A DNA stretch of 64,000 nucleotides from assembly GCF_048593235.1 (NCBI RefSeq), contig NC_133619.1:297118454-297182453 (forward strand), read 5' to 3'. A program made the position numbers and the translations under genes. The notes beneath the pieces were generated by a model. It was not told the DNA's origin, searched no databases, and saw only the letters and a program-made list of their open reading frames with translations. Below are positions 52,536 through 64,000 of the stretch, one piece after another. Within the stretch, counting starts at the first letter, position 1, and every line of letters begins with the position of its first letter. Source of the DNA: Sminthopsis crassicaudata. Taxonomy: Eukaryota.

Positions 52536-55500
52536 AGCAAAGAAAAAAGAAAAAGAGAGATAAAATGAGAGTCAAAAGGAGCATGAATCAAGTGCACAGC
52601 TTTTGATATGAGAACAATGAACCCCTGCATGGGCTTCATCCATTCCTACCTTCCATGGCTGTAAAAAAAAGATCAGGACACCTCAGAGTGAACAATTCTA
52701 CTTTCATGTATCCATACCAAGTAATTTGAGTTCATCACCATTATTCTTGTCTCTTTCAAATAAATAGCTATGTTGTGAACAGCCTAACTGATTTTAAGAA
52801 AACTTCATCAAATGGATAAGATTTTTCTTCTTCATTAAAAAGGTTGTTTCTCTTCTTCATATCTAAAGAAATGAATCTGAGACATGCAGTCCTTTACAAG
52901 AGAACTAGAATATTAATTATAAACCAAACAGACTGTTGGACTTGGAATGAAGTAAGAAAGCAGCTGTGTGGCCATAGACAAGTCATATAATTTTATTGAA
53001 AGTCAGTTTCCTCATCTATAAAATGGAGATAATAGTAGTACAGAGTTTTCGAGAAGACCAAATCATATATAAAATGATTTGTCAACCTTAAAATGTTTCT
53101 TAAAAGTCATCTATTCTCCCAATTCATATATTTGATATGAAAACTAATCAATTTTACCAATCTCTAGAATAGGTATTTTAGTCAAAAATATATGTGTCAA
53201 CTAATATTTACTTTAGTTATGGAGGGTAAATGCTATTTACCCTGAGAGGCAGCATGACAGAGTGGATAGAGATCAGGCCTCAGAACACCAAGGTTCATGT
53301 CCTGATTCCAATTCATACTCTTTAATGATAACTACGTCGCTTAACCTCTCAATGACCAAGGCAACTTTTTAAGATTATAAATTACAAATTGATGATCATA
53401 GAAGATCTAGTCTGGACAAAAATATAAATATTATTAAATATCAGTATTATTAGCTTGTTTTTCTTTGGTTTTTAAAGACCTGAATATTTAAGAGCTTTCT
53501 GAACACATTATGATATATGAATGTAATCCAGTATTAATGCACCATAGAGATTTGAAGCTCTATCTATCATTTCATTAGTATAGGGAACTGCTAGGAGAAG
53601 GAACTTCTACTAATGGAAGTTAGCACCTTCTTTACAATTCATTTTCTTACAGAGATGCCAGGAAAGCAAAGAGGTTAAGTGATTTAGCTGTATCATCAGT
53701 ACAACAAAGTAAAAATCAGTAAGGCAAAACTTTTTGGTTCTGAAACTAGGTCTCTGTTCACATCACGGGGCCTCTATATTTAACCATAAGAATTGAACCA
53801 GAAAAATAAATATGAACATAAAGAATTCAGAAAACACCAGATCTGAATTAGCTGAAACAAGGAAAGAAGACAAAAATACAACAAAAAGGCAGGTGAAACA
53901 AGATGAAGTGCAATAACCAATTAGGGCTCCAGAAAACAAAGGATGAAGACAGGAATATGAAGATACTCTTGGTAGAGAGGTGAGGGATTCTGTGTGGCAT
54001 TGTGTCTGGGTTGTCAAACTCAATCACTCAGACATTTCATTTTGCTTACCCAGTCTTCTTATTTCAAAGAAAGATTCTATGGAAGTCAAGGAGTAGGGAT
54101 AGGAGGAGGGAGAAAACAGAACCAATATTGGGAAATATTTGTAATGTAAAAAATAATAGAATGCTAAATACAGCTTTTAAAAATAAAGGCATAAAAAAGG
54201 AAAACTAGCTTTGTGGCTGTGGGTAAGTCACTTAATTCAGGCCAAGTTAGCAAACTGTAAATTTAAGAGAAGCTACTAATCTGCATTGGTAAAAGTAGTT
54301 CTTTTTTTTAACTGTGAAATCCCAAGACCAATGGAATCATAAGTATAATACAATAAAAATAATAAAGTCATTTGGATGAGCATTTGTTGAAAAAACTGGC
54401 TATTTGTATGAGTGCAGGCAAGTCACTAATCCTGATTGCCTTGCCAAAAAAATAAAACAACAACAACAAAACAAATCTGGCAACACAAGTGTCCTATAAT
54501 GCCAGAAAGTCTTAAGAAATGGAAATAATCTCCATTTTATATCAAGGCCACAAAGCCACATTTCCTCTATTTTTCCATTTATGTAGAAGCATCATATTTA
54601 AATCATGCTTCCATTTCAAAACATTTCAAGGATGATACTCATTTCTGAATGACAAAATCTCAATCTAGTAAATGCCTACTGCAAATACTGAGATTACAAA
54701 GACAATAAAAATTCCTACCCCCAAGGTGGCTTCAATTTTATTGGAGAGATTCCAAAAAAGTCCTTTAATATTTTCTAACCCCCATACTTTCTAACCCCAT
54801 AATACTTATTGAAGTTGGAGATCATATACAATTTCATTCATATTTTTTTCAATTTTCAAGCACCTACTATGTGTTAGTCACTAAAGGAAATAAAAAAAAT
54901 AAATAAGATGGGAGAGGGGCCTATATAGTAACCATACATAAGCTCCTGTTCTCTGCCTTCCAAGACCTTATTATATATGGTTAATATTAGTTTAAAAAAT
55001 GATTGACAAAGTATATATAAAAGCTATTACATCTTCCCCTTCCCTTTTAGTATTTATTTTTAAAGGGAGAGAAAAGCAAAGGGAGAAGAAAATTGAAAAC
55101 TAAACTTAGACTATTATTCTACATGGGGAACAATTATTAGCAAATCTATTGCTTTGATCTTGGTAGCTCTTCTTTGTAAGTTAATCATTTGTGATTTCAA
55201 GCCAAACTTCATGCCTGGTTAAGAACTGTCCTTCTGACCTTGCCTTTTATTAACTGAGATTCAACTCCAAAAAAGAAAAGTAGGACTGAGATTCCCTTGT
55301 CTTTTTTGAAATGTGTGCTTTCTCTCTAGAAGACAATAGATAAGTAAATATGATTCTTTTTAAACTAATTTTCTAATACTTGTTCTTTTCCAGAGACATT
55401 AACAAATTCAGCTTTTATCCTTAAAAAAACAAGAGACAGAGGTTTTACAACACCTTCAAAACTCATTGTGGGTGTGGCTGATTCAATTTCATGACCTGAC

Positions 55501-56567
55501 TCATTGTCTGGGGGGAAAAACATAGTATTTTTGCATTCTCAAAATAATTAAATTTCCATGTCTGAAAAACTTCCTGCTTTCTTGGGTGGGAAATGGAATT
55601 TTATATTAGAATGTTCAACCCCAAAGGAAGCCTCTTCTAATGAAGAATTTTTAACATGCATATTTCCACACTTGAATATCACTAATATTCTACCCTTTTC
55701 TTCTTTCCTTCTCTCCTCTACCACCATATTTGTGCAAATATAGCTGTATATGTAAAAAAGGTGTTTCTATCTATAACATCCACAGCACAAAAGCTGAGTT
55801 TTACTAATTTTCACAATATAGATAGGAATATCAGAAAGATGCAAAGAAATTATGCAATCACTTTGCCTTATTTTGTCTTTTGCTCTGATTAAACCTCACT
55901 AAACCATAGCTAGATAGCATGGTAAGCTTGTAATCTAGAAGATTTGAGTTCAGATTTTGCCTGAGACATTCATTAGCCTTAGAACATGATCTTCTTCCTT
56001 AGACTTTGAGCCCCTGGAGAGCAGGGTCTGTCCTTTGCCTTTCTTTACATTTCCCAATGCTTTGCACAGTGTCTGGCACATAGGAACTGTTTAATAAATC
56101 CCTAGTTGACTGGCTGACTGATTGACTGCATGATTCTGGGCAAATCATTTAATCTGTAAAATGAGAGGAGTTGGATTCAGTGGTCTCTAAGATTCTTTCC
56201 AGCCCCCAAAATAGATCAGTCTATTTTTTAATTTTTTATTTTTTAAATAAATGCCTGGGGTCATTTAACTTGTTTTTTATAAGTGCAGTGGTTCACTGCT
56301 GTAAAGAGTTCAATCTATCCTTGCCAGGGAGAGACTTTCTGACTACCCACTCCTTGCAGATGGTAACAGAGTTCAAGAGCTCATTGACCAGGATGGCTAT
56401 TAGAGACAACAGTGCCTAAAGGAGATGCAATATTCAGCTAGATACATTACTTTCAGTGGAGGGAAGAGACAGGATGCTCATTAAAGAGCAAAGGAGAATT
56501 GAAAATATCCCCAAAGGACAACGGCAGTCCTGTAGTAAGTAGCAAAGATTTTCCTTGGTGTGTATCT

Positions 56568-56570
<3 letters not shown>

Positions 56571-56614
<44 letters not shown>
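56571..56614. repeat. (TG)22 microsatellite
   Basis: Direct count. Confidence 0.95.
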
Positions 56615-56616
<2 letters not shown>

Positions 56617-57653
56617 CCTTATGTCCTAACCACATGGGTTCTGATGTATGTCTCTCATACGCATGTTCCTTATAGATGAACCCTTAAAATGTATTCCTTG
56701 ATCATACATACGTATGATCCCTATCAAATGAGATTAGCACAGTACCTGGTATATAATAGGTACTGTAGCACTTTCCCTTTTACATGTGTGCCTTTTTTCA
56801 CTGGTAAAATGGTAATCTCTGGGAATGTCATTGTATTTACATTCTGTTTGATTAAATACCATTTGCTTTGAATGAGTGAATTTTGTTAGATAAAAATAAA
56901 TACATTGGTTGGAACTCAGGGAGTTATGATTTTGAGTGTGTATCTTGACTCACAATGTTCTAGAACTTGGAAAAGTTTTTTTTCTGGAATTCTTTGTGTG
57001 AAAAGGGTGCCCAAGTGCTACATGTATTTATATAAATATAATAAGTGCACATACTGGAGGAGGGGTCTCCCCACAGGGATGTCTCATAAATTAACAAAAA
57101 TCATATGAGCAAGTATCTTGTTTACCAACTGCCAAATGCTCACTTAGGTCATCCAAAGTTCTTAAAAACCTGATCTACAACTCCAAGAACACATAATGAG
57201 GTGTTAAGTACACTTTGCAAGCCATGAGAAACCAAAAGACAATAAGAGGTACTATTTACCCTAAAGGACATCATATATTGAATATAAAGTAAATGCAGAA
57301 TATAATGCTTTATTGGATTCTGGGACAATGAAACCCCAGTTAAACACAAATCACTAGTCATTAAAACCAACAAAGAAAACTACTTTTAAGATAATATACT
57401 AATATTTCTTTGAGAATTGGAAAAGCCAACTAGTCTAATCCAGAGTTGGGAAAAAACTATCTCTGTAATATTCCTAGTTAAGCAAAAGGTGGGGGCCATT
57501 GGGAACAGGAGAGTGGTAAAGATACTTTGTATTTGTAGTCAAAGGACCTCAGTTCAAATCTTGACTATTATTATTGACTTATTACCCTTGTGACCTGTGC
57601 AAGTAAGTTAATTGATATCTAATGACTCTTTTGGTTCTAAATTTACTATCCTA

Positions 57654-57948
57654 TTTTTTTTTCTTTTTTTGAGATTGAGTCTCTATATCTCGCTTAGGCT
57701 GGGTCGCACTGCCAATTAGCACAGAAGCTTTGACCCATTCCACTTCCAACCCAAATAGATTCGCCATTCCCAGACAACCTGATAGTCCCTCCCTCTCAGC
57801 GCGCTCATTATATTGATCCTGAACTTAATCCAGAAATCCAATGGGTTGGAACGCAACTGCAGCTCAGAACTCCTGAGCTCAAGTGATCCTCCAGACTTAG
57901 CCATTCCAACACAATTACATACTGCATCAAAATCCACTATACTAAGTG
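57654..57948 (-). pseudogene. 7SL (SRP) RNA-derived retrocopy with poly(A) tail
   Basis: Reverse complement ...ctggaggatcacttgagctcaggagttctgagctgcag...aagttcaggatcaatat...tcaggttg...gggtcaaagcttctgtgctaat...ccagcct...gagactcaatctc+A-tail aligns colinearly with 7SL, including the S domain. T-run at 57654-57670. Confidence 0.88.
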
Positions 57949-58020
57949 ATTTGTTAGCCTATGTTTAAAAACTGATTTACCTTCTTCTAATTATTACATA
58001 TTTTTAAGAGACTTCAGAAT

Positions 58021-58204
58021 TAAACATGTTTAACTTATATTGAATTACTTGCTGTCTAGAGGAGGGTGGTCGAGGGAAGGGAGGGAGAAAAATTTGGAAC
58101 ACAAGGTTTTGCAAGAGTTAATATTGAAGACTATCTTTGCATGTATTTTGACAATAAAACACTATTATTAAAATTTTTTAAATATTAAGAAAAAAAAGAA
58201 AAAA
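58021..58204 (+). mobile_element. Short L1 3'UTR insertion about 420 bp from exon 3
   Basis: aacatgtttaacttatattgaattacttgct...ggaacacaaggttttgcaagagttaatattg plus an A-rich tail. Degenerate TSD aagagacttcagaat / aggtgacttcaaaaa (11 of 15). Confidence 0.75.
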
Positions 58205-58622
58205 AGGTGACTTCAAAAAATTCATCTATTAACAAAACCAGTAACTCCAAACCAATTCCATTTCACAAACATTTATTAAGAACCTATTCTGTGCAAGTCC
58301 TTGTCCTAGGACCTTAGTAGTACAAAATAATAAAATTTCATGGGAAAATAAGAAATGTACACATGCAATTATGTCACAAGGCAGAAATGGGTCCAGACTC
58401 TGAGAAATATGCAAAAGAAAATGTTGCTTTTAGATGTTAGACAAGATCAGGAAAGATTGTATTAAGGAGGCAATATCTCAAATAGGACTTTAAAGAAGAA
58501 AAATATTTAAAAGAGAACATATAAATGGAATACAACAGAAGAACAAGAAACAAAAGAGAAATTATTTACCTGGTCAACATTCCCCCTGTAAAGCAGATTA
58601 CCAATACCCAGGAGAAACTTAC

Positions 58623-58784
58623 CCTTTAGTTTAAGATCAACATTGCGTCTCAGCCAAGGATAGATTCCATAGCTTGGCATATCTTCTGGAATTGGATTAT
58701 CATTTATCCAGCCATCACAGGCAAACTGGAAAAAGTTTTCACAGGGATCCACAGACTGATTTATTTTGCTCAAGATGGCAGCCG
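58623..58784 (-). CDS. PHEX: PHEX coding exon equivalent to human exon 3 (162 nt, about codons 63-117)
   Basis: Minus strand reads ...tttacag|CG GCT GCC ATC TTG...AAA CTA AAG G|gtaagt. Translation (A)[53 protein letters not shown] carries the M13-peptidase VDPCxxFFxFACxGW motif and closely matches human PHEX as recalled. Phase 1 to phase 1. Confidence 0.97.
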
Positions 58785-59779
58785 CTGTAAATTCCAAAGA
58801 AATTAATCAAAATTTATTAAGTGATTATTACATTATTGGGGTTTGTGCATTATTTTTCCAAAAAAAAAAATACATATTTTAAACCAGCTAATGTTTTTAT
58901 CCTTGGCGACTTTTATTCTCCTGGTGAGAATGAATTTAATTGTTTTCAATTACGCCATTCTGATGTTCCTGATTACTGTAAAGGTTGAGTATACAGCAGT
59001 GATATTATCACTATCCTTTTTGTTATTATTATTGAAATTTGGGTATATTAATTTGATTAACCAGCAATAAAATAATTAACAGCAACTGATTTTTCTCTTA
59101 CTAAAATTAAAAACAAAAAGACCATGTAGTATCATGGACTAAGAAGTTCTAGGTTCATGGACTTAAGAAATTCTAGGTTCAAGTCCCTTCTGTGACACAA
59201 ACTAGCTATCTGACAACAAGTAATTCCCACAATCTCTCAGTACCCCCAGACAACTTTAAAGACTTTAAAGTAGGAGATATACTGCAATTTTCCTGTATAT
59301 AGAGAGAATTCTCTATAATGAGGAAGTCACAGTCTTATATATCTACATGCACAGATATACCAATACCCATATATATAAGCAGGTATAGAATACAATCCAA
59401 ATGTAACCTATATGTGTATATTGGTGTATATGGTTATAGATCCAAACAACCCTACCCATCAAAAGATTCTATTACAATGAAGTCTTAAGTTTATATTCCA
59501 ACTCTATTTTTTGGTTAGCTGGTTTAACATGGGTCTCCATAGGCAAACTGTGGGTAGAAGTCTAGACTTGGACTTAGAAGACCACTTCAAATATGATCTC
59601 AGACATTTATTAGCTCAGACATATACAGTTTTCTCAACTGTAAAGTGGAAAAAATAATAGCACCTGCCTCACAGGGTAGTTAAGAAAATGACATAAAGTT
59701 TGTGAAGTACTTAGCATTTATATAGAGCACATAGTAGGCTCCATATATATGATCATTGCTTTCCTTTCCCTATCATCTC

Positions 59780-60044
59780 ACCTAGAAGATGAATGCAGTC
59801 ATCATTTAAGGAACCAAGGCCACTGTTGATTGGTATGGAAGCTTTGACCTGCTTTATTTCTGATCTGAGCCAGCCCACACCATCTAAGATTCTGGTGATT
59901 CCCTTTTTCCAGGGGTTTACCATATTGATACTAGACTTGGTAGGGACATCTGATGAGCTTTAGGCCTATTTCAGCTCAAAATTCTAGAGCTCAAATGATC
60001 CACCAGCCTCAATATCCTTTAGTTGCAGGAATTATAGACGTGGG
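59780..60044 (-). pseudogene. Second 7SL-derived copy (5' end runs into the N-gap)
   Basis: Reverse complement gaggctggtggatcatttgagctc...atcaatatggtaaacc...gcaggtcaaagcttcc...cagtggc...tgactgcattc matches 7SL with heavy CpG decay. Confidence 0.82.
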
Positions 60045-60803
60045 NNNNNNNNNNNNNNNNNNNNNNNNNNNNNNNNNNNNNNNNNNNNNNNNNNNNNNNN
60101 NNNNNNNNNNNNNNNNNNNNNNNNNNNNNNNNNNNNNNNNNNNNNNNNNNNNNNNNNNNNNNNNNNNNNNNNNNNNNNNNNNNNNNNNNNNNNNNNNNNN
60201 NNNNNNNNNNNNNNNNNNNNNNNNNNNNNNNNNNNNNNNNNNNNNNNNNNNNNNNNNNNNNNNNNNNNNNNNNNNNNNNNNNNNNNNNNNNNNNNNNNNN
60301 NNNNNNNNNNNNNNNNNNNNNNNNNNNNNNNNNNNNNNNNNNNNNNNNNNNNNNNNNNNNNNNNNNNNNNNNNNNNNNNNNNNNNNNNNNNNNNNNNNNN
60401 NNNNNNNNNNNNNNNNNNNNNNNNNNNNNNNNNNNNNNNNNNNNNNNNNNNNNNNNNNNNNNNNNNNNNNNNNNNNNNNNNNNNNNNNNNNNNNNNNNNN
60501 NNNNNNNNNNNNNNNNNNNNNNNNNNNNNNNNNNNNNNNNNNNNNNNNNNNNNNNNNNNNNNNNNNNNNNNNNNNNNNNNNNNNNNNNNNNNNNNNNNNN
60601 NNNNNNNNNNNNNNNNNNNNNNNNNNNNNNNNNNNNNNNNNNNNNNNNNNNNNNNNNNNNNNNNNNNNNNNNNNNNNNNNNNNNNNNNNNNNNNNNNNNN
60701 NNNNNNNNNNNNNNNNNNNNNNNNNNNNNNNNNNNNNNNNNNNNNNNNNNNNNNNNNNNNNNNNNNNNNNNNNNNNNNNNNNNNNNNNNNNNNNNNNNNN
60801 NNN
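60045..60803. other. Assembly gap (759 N)
   Basis: N run. Confidence 1.
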
Positions 60804-61129
60804 GGATAATCTACCTTGAATATATGCACTCATGACTTACAAAGATAGACACTATTTTAGGACATATGAAACTATTTTTGTCTAATTTGTGTTAAAAGAT
60901 ATTTCCATTTTAGCTAACAAAAACCTTTAGCTTGCAGCTAAAGATGAATAGATTTGAGAAAAATGAGACATCTGAGTAAATTTAGGTAAACCTCCTAAAG
61001 TTTAGTTGCCTACCTAATCTATCCAGTTTGAAAAATGAGATTTTAAAAGATCTTTAGTTAAAAATTCAAATTCAATTTATCTCCATAGACATTTATTAAA
61101 GATGTGCTATGTTAGGTGTAAAATAAACA

Positions 61130-63500
61130 AAAACAAAAAAAAACTTCTCTCAAGAAACTTACTTCTTAAAGAAGGCCTGAATAGGGCTGATGATGAAAAA
61201 AATAGAGAATTTTTTTTTCTGTTTTTCTCTTAATATCCCCAGTGCTTCTCATACTGGCCTATATACATCAGATGCTTAATACATGTTGATTAGAAATTGA
61301 AACTGAAGTTAAATATGAGTATAAAGAAAAAAAGATCTATGACAGAGATAGATGTAGAATCAATAGAACTTCATAACAGATTGGCTATAGAAGGTGAGAG
61401 AGATGGAAAAGTCAAAAATAACAACTGTTTTCAACCTCGTAAAGTTAGAGTTAAGCCAGAACAGATGGTACTCCTCTCAACAGAACAAGATAAGTGTAGG
61501 AGAGAAAGGTGATGAGTTCAATTTTGAATACGATAAGTTTGAAAAGCAAAAAAAGTAGTCATTCACAATATATATATATATGCACATATATATATATATA
61601 CATTTAGAAAATACCTTCAGAGAAGTAGATTCTTGGGAATTGATGAAATCATTAAGAAGTCAAGAATGAAGAGTAAAGAAATTGACAAAAGATTGAAAAG
61701 AAAGAAATCAAGATAATAAACATTTGTTGCATGCCAGGAAAAGAAAAAAAAAAAAAAACTCCCTGCCTCAGGGAGTTTATAGTCTAATGAAGGAGACAAC
61801 ATTTAAACAACTGTACAAACAAACTATGTACAAAATAAATTAGAAATAATCTCAGAGGGAAAGAGCAAATCAGGAAAGGCTTCTTGGAGAAGGCAGGATT
61901 TTAGCTGAGCCCTAAAGAAAATCAGAAAGAAAGGAAGAGCAGAGGATTCTGGAAATGGAGATCAGTCAATGAAATCAGGAAATGGAATATTTTGCTTGAA
62001 CAAATAGCAAAGAGATCCGTGTCACTGATTCTAGGGTATGTGGAAGGAAATAAGGTATAACAGAACTTCAAAGATAGGAAGGGGCCAGGTTTTGAAAAAC
62101 TTTTAGAGCCGGTATTTTATATTTGCTTCTAGAGGCAATAGGAAGATACTAGAGTTTATGGCATGAGAGAGTGACATGGTCAGACATGAGCTTTAGGAAG
62201 ATCAACTTGATAACTAAGTAAGCAGAAGATGGACTAGAATGAGAGAGCCTGGAGGCTGTTAAACTAAGCAATGGCCTATGACAATAGTCTAGGCATGAGA
62301 TGATAAAGGTTCACCCTAAATAGTTGCAGTTTCAGAGGAAAGAAGGAGGAACATGTGAAAGATACGATCAAAAGGAAAATATAATTTTAACATGTATAAC
62401 ATATATTGGATTGCTTGCCATTTAGGGGAGGGGATGGGGTGGGGCGGAATGAGAAAATCTGAAACACAAGGCTATGCAAGGGTCAGTGTTGAAAACTTAT
62501 CTGTGCATATGTTTTGAAGATATCATGATAAATTTTATTAAATGCCTTACTGAAAATCTAATAAAAAGGAAAATATATAGGCCTTGAAAACAGATTGGAT
62601 GAAGGAGACAAGAAAGAGACTTGAAATGACACTTGGGTTGTGAGCTTGAATGGCAAGAAAGATGGGAGGAATTGGGATAGGGGAGAAATAGTGAATTCAG
62701 TTTTGGATTATGTTGGATTTAAGAAGCCCATAGGACATCTGGTTTGAATTGTTCAGTACACGATTGAAAGGATAAAGGACCAAAGGCAAGGCCTGAAATG
62801 GCTAATGCTCTAACTGAAGATACTGAAACTGGTGAGCAAGAGGGAAATGCTCAAGCCTAGATAGACAAGAATACCCAGGAAGATTAGAGGGAGGGAAAGG
62901 GAGAAGAAACAAATAATTTACAGGGTGGAAAATTACAGAGAAGTCAAAGATAATAACTACCAAAAGGCCATCAGATTTATTAATTAAGAGATCAGTAGAG
63001 TTCTAGAGTTGGAATAAAGATTATAAATATTTGAGGTATGAGAGGTAAGGAAGGCTTTTACTCAATAAGCCTATATTAAATACTTCCTTGTGCCTGACAT
63101 TGGGTCAAGCAATGAAAATCAAGAAAGGAAAAAATTGGCCCTGTCTTTGAAGAGTTTACATTTTAATGGAGGGGATGGAGACATGAGTGGGAGAAAGAGA
63201 GAGTGAGGACAATATATAAAAACCCAGCTACATAAAAGATCCCCAAAATGGTTGGAAGATAATCTAAGAGGGGAAGAAATCAGCAAAATATAGGTTTGCA
63301 GCTCAGGCTGTAGGAAGCCAAGAAAAGTAGGACAAGACTATGAGAGATAGCCTGTGCTGAGGTATGGAAACAGTAGATGACAATGTTATATTCAAAAAAA
63401 ATCAAGCTGATGAGTTCAGCTTCTCTGTAATTCTGCAGAGAAGAGTAAGGTAAGGAAAAAAATGTAGGATGGGATCAGGTTCTGAAAAGTTTCAAATGCC
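61130..63500 (-). mobile_element. Fragmented L2 remnants
   Basis: ccctgcctcagggagtttatagtctaatg...gagtgacatggtcagacatgagctttaggaagatca; several reversed L2 segments. Confidence 0.55.
62384..62563 (+). mobile_element. Short L1 3'UTR insertion within an L2
   Basis: aacatgtataacatatattggattgcttgcc...gaacacaaggctatgcaagggtcagtgttgaaa. Flanked by a perfect 14-bp TSD AAAAGGAAAATATA at 62370-62383 and 62564-62577. Confidence 0.85.
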
Positions 63501-63559
63501 AAAGAAAGAACTTTTAATTTGATTCAGAAGTACTAATAAGCCAATACTAAAAATCCACT

Positions 63560-64000
63560 GAATTCAATGAATGAAAGCAGAAAAATACTTATGAAAAATC
63601 AGTTTAGATGCTAAGTGAAGTGAGCAAAGCTAGAATACTGCACACAACAGCAATATTTTGTGGTGATTAATTATGACAGATTTAATTCTTTTCAGCAAGA
63701 CAGTGATCAAAGACAATTCCAAAAGACTCATGATACAAAATGCATCTATATTCAGAGAAAGAACTTTAGAGACGGAATGCATAACAAAGCACACTATTTT
63801 CATTTGAGGGGGCTATTTTTCATGGCTTTTCCGTTTTGTTCTGTTTTTTTATTTCACAACATGAGTAATGTGAAAATATGTGTACATGATTGAATATGTA
63901 TAACCTGTATCAGAATGGGAGGAAGAAAGGAAGGAAAAAATTTGGAATTCAAAACCTTTTTAACAAATTAATATTGATATGACCAAAGAGCTATCAAACT
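63560..64000 (+). mobile_element. L1 ORF2 end and 3'UTR fragment
   Basis: ctaagtgaagtgagcaaagctaga...gacaattccaaaagactcatgatacaaaatgcatctatattcagagaaagaact. Confidence 0.7.

Larger units (their letters stand above)
58785..64000 (-). other. PHEX: PHEX intron 2 (partial; exon 2 not seen, but a 759-nt gap is unreadable)
   Basis: Ends at the exon 3 acceptor CAG (58787-58785). No exon 2-like sequence is visible in the readable part. Confidence 0.75.

Noticed and set aside
57654-60044. Functional SRP RNA genes
   Set aside because: Heavy divergence and CpG loss in both copies; the first also has a deletion and a poly(A) tail. Both indicate dead retrocopies.

Overview
AT-rich, repeat-dense mammalian genomic DNA from a draft assembly with five N-gaps. 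The repeat content (CORE-SINEs of MIR/Mar1/WSINE1 type, marsupial-type L1, an RTE-related SINE) points to an Australian marsupial, plausibly a dasyurid such as the Tasmanian devil; this is inference, not a database match. The whole window lies inside the PHEX gene (M13/neprilysin-family zinc endopeptidase) on the minus strand. Three coding exons are present with canonical AG/GT boundaries and compatible phases: 58623-58784 (162 nt), 16094-16180 (87 nt) and 12131-12357 (227 nt), matching human exons 3, 4 and 5 as I recall them. The rest is intron, including a 42,442-bp intron 3. I found no evidence of a new gene or biological system. The best-supported unusual structures are: an L1 inserted into an older L1 with a 15-bp target-site duplication (TSD); a 125-bp local sequence copied into a SINE tail 1,250 bp from its source; an L1 5'UTR fused directly to the ORF2 C-terminal region; two independent 7SL-derived copies flanking exon 3; a solo ERV LTR with TG..CA ends and a 4-bp TSD; a perfect 7 x 14-bp minisatellite; and several candidate cryptic splice and enhancer signals. 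Repeat family names come from recall of consensus sequences, and most repeat boundaries are approximate.
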